Positions 19,075-28,941 of a stretch of 60,543 nt of DNA are shown piece after piece (position 1 is the stretch's first letter; each line of letters begins with the position of its first letter). A program made the translations under genes and the position numbers. Source of the DNA: Kiritimatiellia bacterium (GTDB taxonomy: Bacteria > Verrucomicrobiota > Kiritimatiellia > SLAD01); contig SLBD01000004.1 in NCBI GenBank assembly GCA_007126515.1, positions 1-60,543 on the forward strand, given 5' to 3'. Below the pieces are notes generated by a model. The model had not been told where the DNA came from, did not search any database, and worked only from the letters and a program-made list of their open reading frames with translations.

Positions 19075-20747
19075 GAGGTCGCCTTCTCCAACATGTCGCG
19101 AGCATGCGCCAATGTGGTGGCAGTCATACCGCGTCCCCCCAGCATCCGAGCCATCTCCTCCACCCGGTCTTCACCCGTCAACGATACCACCGTGGTCCGA
19201 GTGCGTTCCTGAATCACTTCCTTGCGGACCGCGTAGTGATGTGATCCGTACATGGCCACTTGAGGCAAATGCGTGATGCAAAGGATTTGATGATGCGCCG
19301 CGACATTGGCCAGCTTGCGCCCGACCGCACCGCCCGTCTCACCACCGATATTCGCGTCGATTTCGTCAAACACCAAGACCGGCACTCGGTCATGCCGCGC
19401 CAAAATCGCTTTTGTCGCTAACATAACCCGGGAAATTTCGCCGCTCGAGGCGATTTGGCGCAATGGCCTCATGCCCTCTCCCAGATTCGGCTCGAACGCA
19501 AATTCCACGGCATCCAAACCTGCGGGTCCCGGCACCCGATTACCTGGAAGCGTCACCTCCACACCAAATTGGCCTTGCTCGAATCCCAACGCTTTCAATT
19601 CTGCCGTAATCGCCTTGGCCAGTTTTGTCGCGGCCTTTCGGCGAGCGGCGTGAAGCGTCATGCCACGCTCTTCCAACCGCTTCAAAATCACTTGCTGCTG
19701 CTTCTCCAATTCCGCTAGACGTTCATCCCGCGATTGGAGATCTTGCAAGCGTTGCTGGGCACGTTCCAGCTGCTCCAGGCAATCGGCCACGGTCGGACCA
19801 TATTTGCGCTTCAGCTTTTGATATGTCGTCAGCCGTTGATCCAACCATTCCAACCGACTAGGATCCGCATCGAGCCCATCAACACGGCTAGCTAATGATG
19901 CGGTAATTTCCCGAATTCGAGTGGCGGCATCATCCAATTCCGATTGCCAATCCTCCGCCTCGGGCAGCAATCGACTCAATTCATCCAATTGCCGCAAGGC
20001 ACCCCCGACCAAATCCATGGCGGAAGTCTCACCTTCGCTCAACGCCAGCGCCACACCACTTGCCAGCTCCACAATCCGTTGCGCGTGGCCAAACACGGCA
20101 TGCTCCTGCGCCACCTCCTCTTCCTCCGTGACAGACAAATGGGCCTCTTCCAACTCCTTCACTTTAAAGGAAAGCAGGTCCATTTGTTCGGAGACATCGC
20201 CGTCAGGCAAGCCGATCTCCTCTCGCCTTGCTTCCAAGGCACGGAGTTGCTGATATTCTTCTGCATAGGACTTGCGCAACTCGGATAGCGAGCCAAAGGC
20301 ATCCAGCAAATCGCGCTGCGCCTCCGGCGATAGTAACGACTGATGATCGTACGGCCCATGAATATCAACCAACCGTTCACCGATCTGCTTGACCGCCTGC
20401 AAGCTAACGGCTTGATCATTAATGAACTGCTGTGTGGCCCCCGCTTGCTTCATCACCCGACGGACAATCAATTGCCCGTCCACTAGAGGATCCAGTCCCA
20501 GCGCGTCGAGAAGATCATCAACAATGGCAGGATCATCAACGTCGAACATTGCTTCGGCCACACAACTCGTTTGGCCCGCCCGAATCAAAGACTTGTCCGC
20601 GCGCTCACCCAGCACCATGCCCAGGGCTCCGATCAAAATCGACTTACCCGCCCCGGTCTCACCGGTAATCATGTTGAGTCCGGCCCCGAACTCGACACGC
20701 AGGTCTTCCACCAAGGCCAGATTTTTAACTCGCAGGGATGTCAGCAT
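19071..20747 (-). CDS. recN: DNA repair protein RecN
   Basis: 558 aa with the N-terminal motif LRVKNLALVEDL...ITGETGAGKSILIGAL (Walker A). It has a long central coiled coil and a C-terminal SMC-like ATPase half (ASSGEISRVMLA, LVFDEIDANIGG). Confidence 0.93.
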   Translation of the reverse strand: MLTSLRVKNLALVEDLRVEFGAGLNMITGETGAGKSILIGALGMVLGERADKSLIRAGQTSCVAEAMFDVDDPAIVDDLLDALGLDPLVDGQLIVRRVMKQAGATQQFINDQAVSLQAVKQIGERLVDIHGPYDHQSLLSPEAQRDLLDAFGSLSELRKSYAEEYQQLRALEARREEIGLPDGDVSEQMDLLSFKVKELEEAHLSVTEEEEVAQEHAVFGHAQRIVELASGVALALSEGETSAMDLVGGALRQLDELSRLLPEAEDWQSELDDAATRIREITASLASRVDGLDADPSRLEWLDQRLTTYQKLKRKYGPTVADCLEQLERAQQRLQDLQSRDERLAELEKQQQVILKRLEERGMTLHAARRKAATKLAKAITAELKALGFEQGQFGVEVTLPGNRVPGPAGLDAVEFAFEPNLGEGMRPLRQIASSGEISRVMLATKAILARHDRVPVLVFDEIDANIGGETGGAVGRKLANVAAHHQILCITHLPQVAMYGSHHYAVRKEVIQERTRTTVVSLTGEDRVEEMARMLGGRGMTATTLAHARDMLEKATS

Positions 20748-20805
20748 GGCATGTCACCCGACAACCAAATCGCAGTAAACGGATACAAGATTGCAGGCAG
20801 AAACG

Positions 20806-22053
20806 TTACTCCTCCTCGCCTACCCATTCGCGAATCACTTCAGCCACATGTTCCATCGCCGGCTCCGAAAAGCCCACCTTGACGTGTCGGACAATGCCCT
20901 CACGATCAACAACCACCAAGGTCGGAATGCTGGCAGCGCCGTAGTCAGCTGCAATGGCGCCATCCGCATTGATACCGATCGGATAGGTCAGCGAGAACCG
21001 GTCCATCATCGCCTCCACCTGATTACGAGCCGTCGGTCGGTCCAAACTCACCCCAACAAACTCCACATCCTCTCCGCCCAGCTCTTCATACATGGCTTGC
21101 AACGAAGGCAAGGACTGCACACACGGCGGACACCACGTCGCCCAGAAATCAATCACAACGACCCGCCCCCGCTGGTCCGACAATCGGAAGATTGATTCAT
21201 CCATCAAGACCAATTCAAAGTCCGGCGCTTCCGCACCGACCGCGATCGCGCCGTCCTGGGCAGCGCCCGAGCCACCCTGGAACGCCTCCATCAGCTCCTC
21301 CATGCTGCCCACGATGGTGTACCCCTCTAGATCAAATGCGAACAGTTCATCATCCAGGGGCTCATTCAGCGACTGAACTTGCACCGTATAATGAATCTCA
21401 TACCCCATCGGCACGTCCGACATCATCGGGAACCCCTCTTCCGCCGACAGGTCAACAGTCGTTCGCAATCCAGCCACCAACCCCGTTTCTTGATCAATCC
21501 ATACGCGAACCCCATCGGGGATGCTCACGTCTACTTCACCCAGCTCAATATGGACAACCCAAGCAGGGCGACCGGCATATTCCTCCTCTGGCAGCACCGT
21601 CACCTCAAACTCTTGAATCGCCTCCTGCAAAGTGGCCGCTGGATCCGCACTCAGCAAAGCCGCAATATCCGGAAACATCATCGTCCCGAAAACCTCGTCA
21701 TCCCCCGAGAAGACATCTTGCAGGCTCCCGACAATCGGCTGTTGAATCGCGTAGCCAAAATGAGCAAACGCCATGGTGATGGCATCCGCGTCGTTAAACA
21801 GGACAAAGGAATCTGCGTCAATAAACACGCGATCCGGCCGCCGGAACAAGAAACGGGAGGCTTGCTCCATTTCTTCGGCATTCTCGCCGTCGTCAAACAC
21901 AACGCGCATCATCGATTCAATATGGATCGACTCGATTTCAGCCATCTGCTCGCTCATCCCGGCAATAATGGTTTCAACCGTTGTTTCCGACCGCCCCTCA
22001 AGGATCGCTAAACAAGACACAAATAGGACTGATAAAATGAACGTACGGGCCAT
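20806..22053 (-). CDS. secreted thiol:disulfide oxidoreductase (TlpA/ResA-like thioredoxin domain) with N-terminal LolA-like/unknown domain
   Basis: 415 aa with a signal peptide. The C-terminal domain carries VVIDFWATWCPPCVQSLP (a CxxC redoxin motif). Confidence 0.75.
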   Translation of the reverse strand: MARTFILSVLFVSCLAILEGRSETTVETIIAGMSEQMAEIESIHIESMMRVVFDDGENAEEMEQASRFLFRRPDRVFIDADSFVLFNDADAITMAFAHFGYAIQQPIVGSLQDVFSGDDEVFGTMMFPDIAALLSADPAATLQEAIQEFEVTVLPEEEYAGRPAWVVHIELGEVDVSIPDGVRVWIDQETGLVAGLRTTVDLSAEEGFPMMSDVPMGYEIHYTVQVQSLNEPLDDELFAFDLEGYTIVGSMEELMEAFQGGSGAAQDGAIAVGAEAPDFELVLMDESIFRLSDQRGRVVVIDFWATWCPPCVQSLPSLQAMYEELGGEDVEFVGVSLDRPTARNQVEAMMDRFSLTYPIGINADGAIAADYGAASIPTLVVVDREGIVRHVKVGFSEPAMEHVAEVIREWVGEEE

Positions 22054-22225
22054 GGCAGACTCCTGATTAAACAGTGATTGTGGACGTGTGCAGTCTCCGT
22101 GATTCAGGGCACCAAATCAAGTCTGTTCGCGCTCTTGTTGATCGCGCGTTTCCAGTTGAAATCGACACGAACATCTGTGATGATTTAGTTTGACCAATCG
22201 ATTGTATTAATCAGGAGAGAACGAT

Positions 22226-22873
22226 ATGCGCTCATCTACCATCTTGCTTGCCATCCTTAGCGTGGTCACCCTGCTGTCACGAGCTCAGGCCGACACCTGG
22301 TATCTCGATGCCGGCGTTAAAGTCTGGTACGCGGAACCGCGGCCCACGGATCGCGCCCTCATGCTCGGTCCCTCCATCGTGCTAAACCGAGCAGATACCT
22401 ATTGGGTGCGTGGCTTCTTCCTATTTGGCGAATACGATTTCGTGCGCAGCAATCAACCCCGAGTTGTTCAGGATTTCAGCATCCGCGACGCAGAATTACT
22501 CGCTGGCAAGAACTGGAACATCTTTCATGCTGGACTTGGCTTCCGATCCAGTACCGTCGTCATGACAGAACGACTGCCCGACGGACCTCGCGTCCGCACA
22601 CCCAATGCACTCGGCCCAGCATTCGTCGTCGGCATCTCTCAATCCTTGACCGAGTACCCGTGGGGATTCGAAGACAGCCCGTGGGGCTGGTATGCAGGCG
22701 CCTCGTGGATGTTCTATGACTTTGAAGATGATGATGGCGAACACATCAATTTCGAGCTCGGCATCACCCATGTTTCGCACAACTTGTACAAGAGCTTGGG
22801 TTATCGCTACAAAAACACCTTCGACCATGCCCGCATGGAAGGCTTCATGGCGACGCTGATGTTTGAGTTTTAG
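22226..22873 (+). CDS. hypothetical small outer-membrane beta-barrel protein
   Basis: 215 aa with signal peptide ...VTLLSRAQA/DTW. It is rich in aromatic/Gly strands and ends ...MATLMFEF with a terminal Phe. Confidence 0.45.
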   Translation: MRSSTILLAILSVVTLLSRAQADTWYLDAGVKVWYAEPRPTDRALMLGPSIVLNRADTYWVRGFFLFGEYDFVRSNQPRVVQDFSIRDAELLAGKNWNIFHAGLGFRSSTVVMTERLPDGPRVRTPNALGPAFVVGISQSLTEYPWGFEDSPWGWYAGASWMFYDFEDDDGEHINFELGITHVSHNLYKSLGYRYKNTFDHARMEGFMATLMFEF

Positions 22874-22931
22874 TCGAGGCCCGATTCGGCCCTCGGCTTG
22901 CGGCTCGGCAAGACAGGCATTGGATTGAGTG

Positions 22932-24710
22932 TTAGTCCCGAATCACATCCTGCAGCGCCAGCATTTCCCGGAACAGCCCCGGGCGTGCCATCAATTCTTG
23001 ATAGGTTCCCACATCGGCAATCCGCCCCTCCTGCATCACCACAATGCGGTCAGCCCGGCGGATCGTTGACAGCCGATGCGCCACAATAAACGTGGTCCGA
23101 TCCCGAATCGCCCGCTCAATCGACTCCTGGATCTTGCGCTCAGAGACCACGTCCAGCGATGATGTCGCCTCGTCCAGAACCAGAATCCGCGGATTCCGGA
23201 TCAAGGCCCGAGCAATGGCAATCCGCTGACGCTGACCGCCCGACAGCAACGCCCCATCCTCGCCGATCCGGGTCTCCACTCCTTCAGGAAGACTCGCAAT
23301 CAATTCCGTCAAATTCGCCGCCGCCAACACGTCTCGCAGCAGCGCATCGGAAACACCTGTCAGACCATAGGCAATATTTTCCCGAATGGTGCCGGAAAAC
23401 AACACAGTTTCTTGAGGCACAACCGAAATAAAGCGGCGCGCCGTCCGCATATCGATCTCCTGCATATCCACCCCATCCAGCAAAATATGCCCCGATTGCG
23501 GACGGCGAAAACCGATCACCAACTGCATCATCGTCGATTTACCTGCCCCGCTGGGGCCCACCAACGCAATGCACTCTCCCGGCGCCACCGCCAAAGAGAA
23601 CTCCTCGACCGCAGCTCCCTTTTCTGCCTGATAAGAAAAGCTGACGTGGTCAAAATCAATTCGTCCCTGCAAAGACTCCAGCGCCATCCGGCCTTGGTTC
23701 ATTTCCAGGTCTGGACATTCCAGCACTTCGCCAATCGATCGAATCGACTCCACGCCCCGCGCCATTTGCGGATAGAAATGCAGCAGTTGCGAAATGCTCA
23801 TCACAATCATGCCGAACAGGCTTTGATACAGCACAATTTCGCCCACCGTAATCCAGCCCTGCAAACAAAACCAACTCATCACCGCCAGGCCAATAATCAT
23901 CGCCAGCTGAAACGAAACAAACGCCGACGCACCAAAGACCGCATTGATCAAATCCAATCGCCGACCGCGCTGATTCACCACACCAAACTGAGTCGAAATT
24001 CGCTGCGATTCGAATTCTTCCAAGCCATGCGCCCGCACCACCGGGATCATATTGATCATCTCCGCCACATCGCCCGACATCCGCTCCACCTCGGAGCGGA
24101 AATCCCGATTCCGTGCGGCCATCCGCCGCCGGAATAGAGTCCGCAATCCCACCACGATCGGCACCATCACCACGAAGAATCCCAACAAACGCGGCTCTCG
24201 CCACGAGGTGATAATCACAGCGAACAAGAACGAGAACAAGGCAAGCACCCCGCCCTCGAACAGGAACATGCAGAAGTTTTGAATTTGCTCCACATCCCGC
24301 AGCACCTTCGCCTGCAACCGTCCCGACTCCATCCGATCATGAAAAGCAATCGACAAATGCTGCATACGCGTCACCAAGGCTGTGCGCAACGTATGCTCCA
24401 AATCCCGCGTCGCCCCGCTCAACATCGAAATCATCAACGTCTGCATTGGCACATTTTGCAGAATCAAAATAAATACCGCGCCGAAATACATCACCATAAG
24501 ACGCAACGGAAACTCCTCCGGCTGCGTCAAGACATCAATCACCTGCGCGACCAGGAATGGAATCGCCCACACCGGCGAGTGCTTGATCAGCAGCACCAGC
24601 ACCAAGCTCACGTAAAACCACCACGGCCGCCCCACCCACTGGATCAGCGTCCGCAACGGGCGATGGCTGTGGTAATCGTATTCTAGAGGTCGAAAGGGTG
24701 TTTGCATCAA
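22932..24710 (-). CDS. ABC exporter, fused permease/ATPase (MsbA/multidrug-type)
   Basis: 592 aa with six N-terminal TM helices. Walker A is GPSGAGKST, the signature is LSGGQRQRIAIARAL and Walker B is ILVLDEATSSLD. Confidence 0.9.
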   Translation of the reverse strand: MMQTPFRPLEYDYHSHRPLRTLIQWVGRPWWFYVSLVLVLLIKHSPVWAIPFLVAQVIDVLTQPEEFPLRLMVMYFGAVFILILQNVPMQTLMISMLSGATRDLEHTLRTALVTRMQHLSIAFHDRMESGRLQAKVLRDVEQIQNFCMFLFEGGVLALFSFLFAVIITSWREPRLLGFFVVMVPIVVGLRTLFRRRMAARNRDFRSEVERMSGDVAEMINMIPVVRAHGLEEFESQRISTQFGVVNQRGRRLDLINAVFGASAFVSFQLAMIIGLAVMSWFCLQGWITVGEIVLYQSLFGMIVMSISQLLHFYPQMARGVESIRSIGEVLECPDLEMNQGRMALESLQGRIDFDHVSFSYQAEKGAAVEEFSLAVAPGECIALVGPSGAGKSTMMQLVIGFRRPQSGHILLDGVDMQEIDMRTARRFISVVPQETVLFSGTIRENIAYGLTGVSDALLRDVLAAANLTELIASLPEGVETRIGEDGALLSGGQRQRIAIARALIRNPRILVLDEATSSLDVVSERKIQESIERAIRDRTTFIVAHRLSTIRRADRIVVMQEGRIADVGTYQELMARPGLFREMLALQDVIRD

Positions 24711-24740
24711 TACGGTTCAGGGATCATGTGGGAGAGTCAG

Positions 24741-24882
24741 TTTCCACTCAATGGAAGAAAAAAAACGCGTTTTTCCACTCAATGGAAACTTTTCCGGCGA
24801 GTTTTCCATTCAATGGAAAAAATCTAGTCGATTTTTCCACTCAATGGAAGTTTTTTGGGCCGATTTTCCATTCAATGGAAAA
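24741..24882 (+). repeat. array of five 31-bp-phased palindromic units (TTTT-CCAYTCAATGG-AAAA)
   Basis: Cores TTCCA[C/T]TCAATGGAA start at 24742, 24773, 24804, 24835 and 24866, so the spacing is exactly 31 bp four times. Spacers are not conserved in sequence. Confidence 0.95.
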
Positions 24883-24975
24883 CGGGCGGCTCATCGGAAA
24901 TTGCAAGATTGTCTTGTCCCTTATTTTGTGCTACGCCCTTTTCTCGTCAATCAACCCACGAAAGGATGAAATGCG

Positions 24976-26289
24976 ATGAGTACCCCCGTGAAATTCAATT
25001 TGCCCGCCGAGGAAATTCCCAAGCAATGGTACAACCTGGCTCCGGATTTTCCCGAACCGATGCCCCCCCCGCTGCATCCCGGCACTCGCGAACCCGCGGC
25101 ACTGAGCGATATGCAGGCCATCTTTCCCGACAATCTGATTGAGCAGGAAGTTTCACAGGAACGCTACATCGATGTCCCCGAAGAAGTCCGGGAAATCTAC
25201 GCCCTCTGGCGCCCCACCCCCTTGATTCGCGCGGTGCGATTGGAGCGCGCGTTGAATACACCGGCACACATCTATTATAAGTACGAAGGTGTGAGCCCAG
25301 CGGGAAGCCACAAACCCAATTCGGCGGTTCCGCAAGCTTATTACAATAAGCAAGCGGGCGTGAAACGCTTGGCCACGGAAACGGGCGCGGGCCAATGGGG
25401 ATCTTCCTTGGCGATGGCCTGTCAGTTGTTTGGGATCGAATGTGTGGTCTACATGGTCCGCGTCAGCTTTAACCAAAAGCCGTACCGCAAACTGATGATG
25501 CAAACTTGGGGGGCGACCGTACATGCCAGCCCCAGCTTGGAAACGGATTTTGGGCGCAAGGTATTGGCGGACGATCCAGACTGCTCCGGCTCCCTTGGCA
25601 TCGCGATCAGCGAGGCAATTGAAGATACGGTAAAAACTCCCAACACAAAGTATGCCTTGGGCAGTGTGTTGAATCATGTTTGCCTACACCAAAGCGTGAT
25701 TGGTCAGGAAACGATCAAGCAGATGGAATTGGCAGGCGAAGAGCCGGATGTGGTGATCGGCTGCGCTGGCGGGGGCAGCAATTTTGCCGGTATGGCGTTC
25801 CCCTTCATCGGTCGCAATCTACGCGAAGGCAAATCGACACGCCTAATCGCCGTCGAACCTGAGTCCTGCCCAACATTGACAGCCGGCGAACTCAAATACG
25901 ATTTTGGCGATACGGCAGAGACGACTCCGTTGTTGATGATGTATTCTCTCGGCCATACCTTCATGCCGCCTAGTATCCACTCCGGAGGATTACGCTATCA
26001 CGGCATGTCTCCGATGGTCAGTCACGCCCGCAAACTGGGGTTGATTGATGCAAAGGCCTATCCGCAGTTGCAGATCTTTGAAGCGGCGGTGCTGTTTGCC
26101 CGAACCGAGGGCCTGGTGCCTGCGCCTGAACCGGCGCACGCCATTCGCGCAGTGATCGACGAAGCCGTTCATGCCCGCGAAACGGGTGAGAAGAAAGTGA
26201 TTCTCTTCAACCTCTGCGGACACGGCATGCTGGATTTAGCCGCCTACGAAACCTACCTGTCCGGCACGATGAAGGAGCAGGAAGACTAA
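24976..26289 (+). CDS. trpB2: TrpB2-type tryptophan synthase beta subunit-like PLP enzyme
   Basis: 437 aa. It has the long N-terminal extension typical of TrpB2 ([15 protein letters not shown]...PPLHP), the PLP-lysine region [15 protein letters not shown] and the GGGSNFAG loop. No trpA is adjacent. Confidence 0.8.
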   Translation: MSTPVKFNLPAEEIPKQWYNLAPDFPEPMPPPLHPGTREPAALSDMQAIFPDNLIEQEVSQERYIDVPEEVREIYALWRPTPLIRAVRLERALNTPAHIYYKYEGVSPAGSHKPNSAVPQAYYNKQAGVKRLATETGAGQWGSSLAMACQLFGIECVVYMVRVSFNQKPYRKLMMQTWGATVHASPSLETDFGRKVLADDPDCSGSLGIAISEAIEDTVKTPNTKYALGSVLNHVCLHQSVIGQETIKQMELAGEEPDVVIGCAGGGSNFAGMAFPFIGRNLREGKSTRLIAVEPESCPTLTAGELKYDFGDTAETTPLLMMYSLGHTFMPPSIHSGGLRYHGMSPMVSHARKLGLIDAKAYPQLQIFEAAVLFARTEGLVPAPEPAHAIRAVIDEAVHARETGEKKVILFNLCGHGMLDLAAYETYLSGTMKEQED

Positions 26290-26297
26290 AGGCGGGA

Positions 26298-26341
26298 CAA
26301 GACCCGTTTGCCGCCGCGCGGCGAACGGGTCTTGATTTTTT
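26298..26341 (+). terminator. rho-independent terminator after trpB2
   Basis: CAAGACCCGTT...(GC-rich loop, itself self-pairing)...AACGGGTCTTG is followed by ATTTTTT. It lies between the convergent trpB2 and dnaG stops. Confidence 0.8.
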
Positions 26342-26387
26342 GCTACACGAACCTGCCGAGCTGGTGCTCGGCGTTCCCAGGATTTCC

Positions 26388-28214
26388 TCAATGATCCAGC
26401 TCAAGGATGGGCAGGGCTTTTTCCCAGCCTTCCTGCATGCGCTTTTTGACGATGGTGAGCTGGGCGATCTCGTTATTCAGTAGACGGCGCTGATCGGCGG
26501 ATGCGGACGTTTCCTGGCTGAAATGATCTTTGATCTCGCGATCAATCAGCCGGATGCGCAGCTTCAAGATAATATCCTGAGCCGCGTGAATGCAGGACGT
26601 TTCTTCACTGGAAATTCGTCGCGCGGTCATCAGCAAGCGGGCGGCCAATTGGCGACAGGCCTCATCTTTGTCAGCGAGTTCCCGCATCAGTTCGGATTCG
26701 TCCGGTTCAGGCTGGGCCATCAAAATTCCAATCAATGTCCGACAGGTTGCATCGGTGACGGCTTGCGGCGGCACAAAACGATTCACCAGATCCAGGACTT
26801 CGGGATGAGCCACCATCAATTCCACCAAGGCTTGTTCATCTGGTGGATGGGCCCTCGCCTTGCGCGCGGGCGGCAGTGCCTCCGATTCACCGTCCGCTTG
26901 CCGCGCTGTGGGCCGGATCAGCTTGTTCATATCCTCGCGCAAAGCCGAAACGGGCACCGCATATGCGTCGGCGGCTTCCGCCAAGAATGATTCGCGCTGG
27001 ACTGCGCCGGGGGCATGGAGAATCAGTTCCAGCAGTCCGCGAATCGATCGTAATCGCCCCGCCTCTGTCCGTAGTTCACCGCGCTCTCCTTGCACGTGCG
27101 CGTGATATCGGACCAACGACATCGCATCATCGATGTAGGAGCCAAACGCCTCCGCGCCCTGCGTCCGCAAGAGCGTGTCGGGATCTTCTCCTGCTGGCAA
27201 AACCGCAATGCGGGTCGTCAACCCCTCACGCAACAACGCCTCGGCTCCGCGAAACGCAGCATTCTGACCTGCCGTATCTGCATCAAAGACAAGCACCACT
27301 TCATCCGCATACCGCTTCAACAAACGGGCATGTGACTCTGTCAGAGCGGTCCCTTGCGGGGCCACGGCCGCTGTGAATCCCGCCAGGTGACAGCGAATCA
27401 CGTCAATTTGTCCCTCGCAGACGATGGCCCGTCGCTCATCCACCATGGGCTTGCGAGCCCGATCCAAGCCATACAGGATGCGACTCTTTTTAAACAAGAC
27501 GGTTTCGGGACTGTTGACGTACTTGGCAGGCGACGACTGATCTAGAATCCGGCCACTAAATCCGACCACGCGCCCCTGTTCGTCGCGAATCGGAAACATC
27601 AATCGACCTCGGAATCGGTCATACGGATCACCGCCCCGGTCACTGGGAAGTAAGACCCCTGCTTTCTCCAATAGATCCAAAGAAATTTTCTTCTGACGCG
27701 CCCACTCTGCCAAAGCGCCTGACTGTGGTGGTGCATAGCCAATTTGAAAATCACCAGCTGCGGCTTGCAATTCCCGCTCCGCGAGGTACGAACGCGCCCC
27801 GGCGGCTGACTCGTGCTTTTCCAACGTCCGCGCGTAGAGAGCCGCCAACTGCTCGTGTACCTCAAATAGCTGGGTCTTTTCAGAGCGATCGACCGAGGTG
27901 TCGCCGCCACCGGCACCGGGTTGATACGTCAATCCGGCGCGATCAGCCAAAATATGCGCAGCGTCAACAAAGCCCACGTTTTCATATTGCATGACGAAAT
28001 TGAAAACATCGCCGCCGGCATGACAACCGAAGCAGTAGAAATATTGTTTGGTGGGATCGACGCTGAAAGAGGGGGTCTTTTCCTTGTGGAAGGGACAGAG
28101 TGCCTTGAATTGGTTGCCTTTACGTTGCAACGGCACGTAACGGCTAATCACTTCAACAATATCGCTATGCGATCGGATGAGATCAATCTGCGCTTTATGG
28201 TCGGATTCTGCCAC
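26388..28214 (-). CDS. dnaG: DNA primase
   Basis: 608 aa. Zinc ribbon is CPFHKEKTPSFSVDPTKQYFYCFGCHAGGD. TOPRIM motifs are IVCEGQIDV and VLVFDADTAGQNA. Confidence 0.95.
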   Translation of the reverse strand: MAESDHKAQIDLIRSHSDIVEVISRYVPLQRKGNQFKALCPFHKEKTPSFSVDPTKQYFYCFGCHAGGDVFNFVMQYENVGFVDAAHILADRAGLTYQPGAGGGDTSVDRSEKTQLFEVHEQLAALYARTLEKHESAAGARSYLAERELQAAAGDFQIGYAPPQSGALAEWARQKKISLDLLEKAGVLLPSDRGGDPYDRFRGRLMFPIRDEQGRVVGFSGRILDQSSPAKYVNSPETVLFKKSRILYGLDRARKPMVDERRAIVCEGQIDVIRCHLAGFTAAVAPQGTALTESHARLLKRYADEVVLVFDADTAGQNAAFRGAEALLREGLTTRIAVLPAGEDPDTLLRTQGAEAFGSYIDDAMSLVRYHAHVQGERGELRTEAGRLRSIRGLLELILHAPGAVQRESFLAEAADAYAVPVSALREDMNKLIRPTARQADGESEALPPARKARAHPPDEQALVELMVAHPEVLDLVNRFVPPQAVTDATCRTLIGILMAQPEPDESELMRELADKDEACRQLAARLLMTARRISSEETSCIHAAQDIILKLRIRLIDREIKDHFSQETSASADQRRLLNNEIAQLTIVKKRMQEGWEKALPILELDH

Positions 28215-28216
28215 CC

Positions 28217-28777
28217 CTATTCATCCTTATCAGAAAGCGTATAGATCCCCTCCGAGAACGGCAGCGACGGAAAGTCTGGATAACGCTCGATCATGTCTTC
28301 GTACCACGGGATCAGCCGATCCAAGGTCCAACCCGCCAACACGGATTCTGATTCCAACTTATCACGTGCAGTTTCGGGAGCAAACTGCACCACCAACAGC
28401 AACAGGGCCGCTGTGATTGCCGCATATCGCACAAATCCGACCAGCGCCCCGCCCACCGGCTCAAGGGGACCTTTGAAGGTCAACTCCATGACATGTTTCA
28501 GCAGCAAGGCCAGCAAGAAAAACAGTATGAGTCCCCCGACAATAATCACCACCAACGCCATTGTATCCGCCTGGATCGGTGTCATTTGCGTTGTTTCATA
28601 CAAGTACTCTCCTGCGGGCTGATACAAATGCCAAGCCACCGCGACCGTAACAACGAGTCCAATCACGCTGGACAGTTCCCCCGATAAGCCTCGGAAGGCA
28701 CCGCGTATCAAACCTGCCAGCAATATCGCAAGCAGTACATAATCAATCGTGTGCAATGCCAATGTTCCCTGTTCCAT
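28217..28777 (-). CDS. cvpA: CvpA-family membrane protein
   Basis: The start is set at MEQGTL (ATG complement 28775-28777), with AGGAG upstream. The N-terminus IDYVLLAILLAGLIRGAFRGLSGELSSVIGLVV is typical of CvpA. It ends 2 nt before dnaG. Confidence 0.7.
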   Translation of the reverse strand: MEQGTLALHTIDYVLLAILLAGLIRGAFRGLSGELSSVIGLVVTVAVAWHLYQPAGEYLYETTQMTPIQADTMALVVIIVGGLILFFLLALLLKHVMELTFKGPLEPVGGALVGFVRYAAITAALLLLVVQFAPETARDKLESESVLAGWTLDRLIPWYEDMIERYPDFPSLPFSEGIYTLSDKDE

Positions 28778-28941
28778 GTCTTTGCTCCTCTCGCCGGGTT
28801 GCGCAGAAAAATCAAAAAATCCGCGATTTCTCCTTGCATGTGCCATCGGTTCTGGTCATATTCCCCGCCTTCCCCTCCTTGTAAAGAGGGGCGGGGACTG
28901 TTGCGTCATTCGGACGCTGCTTCACTATGGACGAGGACATT

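Noticed and set aside
24741-24882. The 31-bp arrays (here and at 49240-49350) read as CRISPR arrays
   Set aside because: The repeat is about 18-19 bp and the spacers are about 12-13 bp, far below CRISPR dimensions. There are only 4-5 units, the spacers share a compositional pattern, and no cas genes are in the window.
24698-25142. Tracked ORFs 24698..24979, 24751..24969 and 24855..25142 (peptides such as FHSMEN, FPLNGK, STQWK)
   Set aside because: They are three-frame translations of the palindromic repeat array, with no independent coding evidence.
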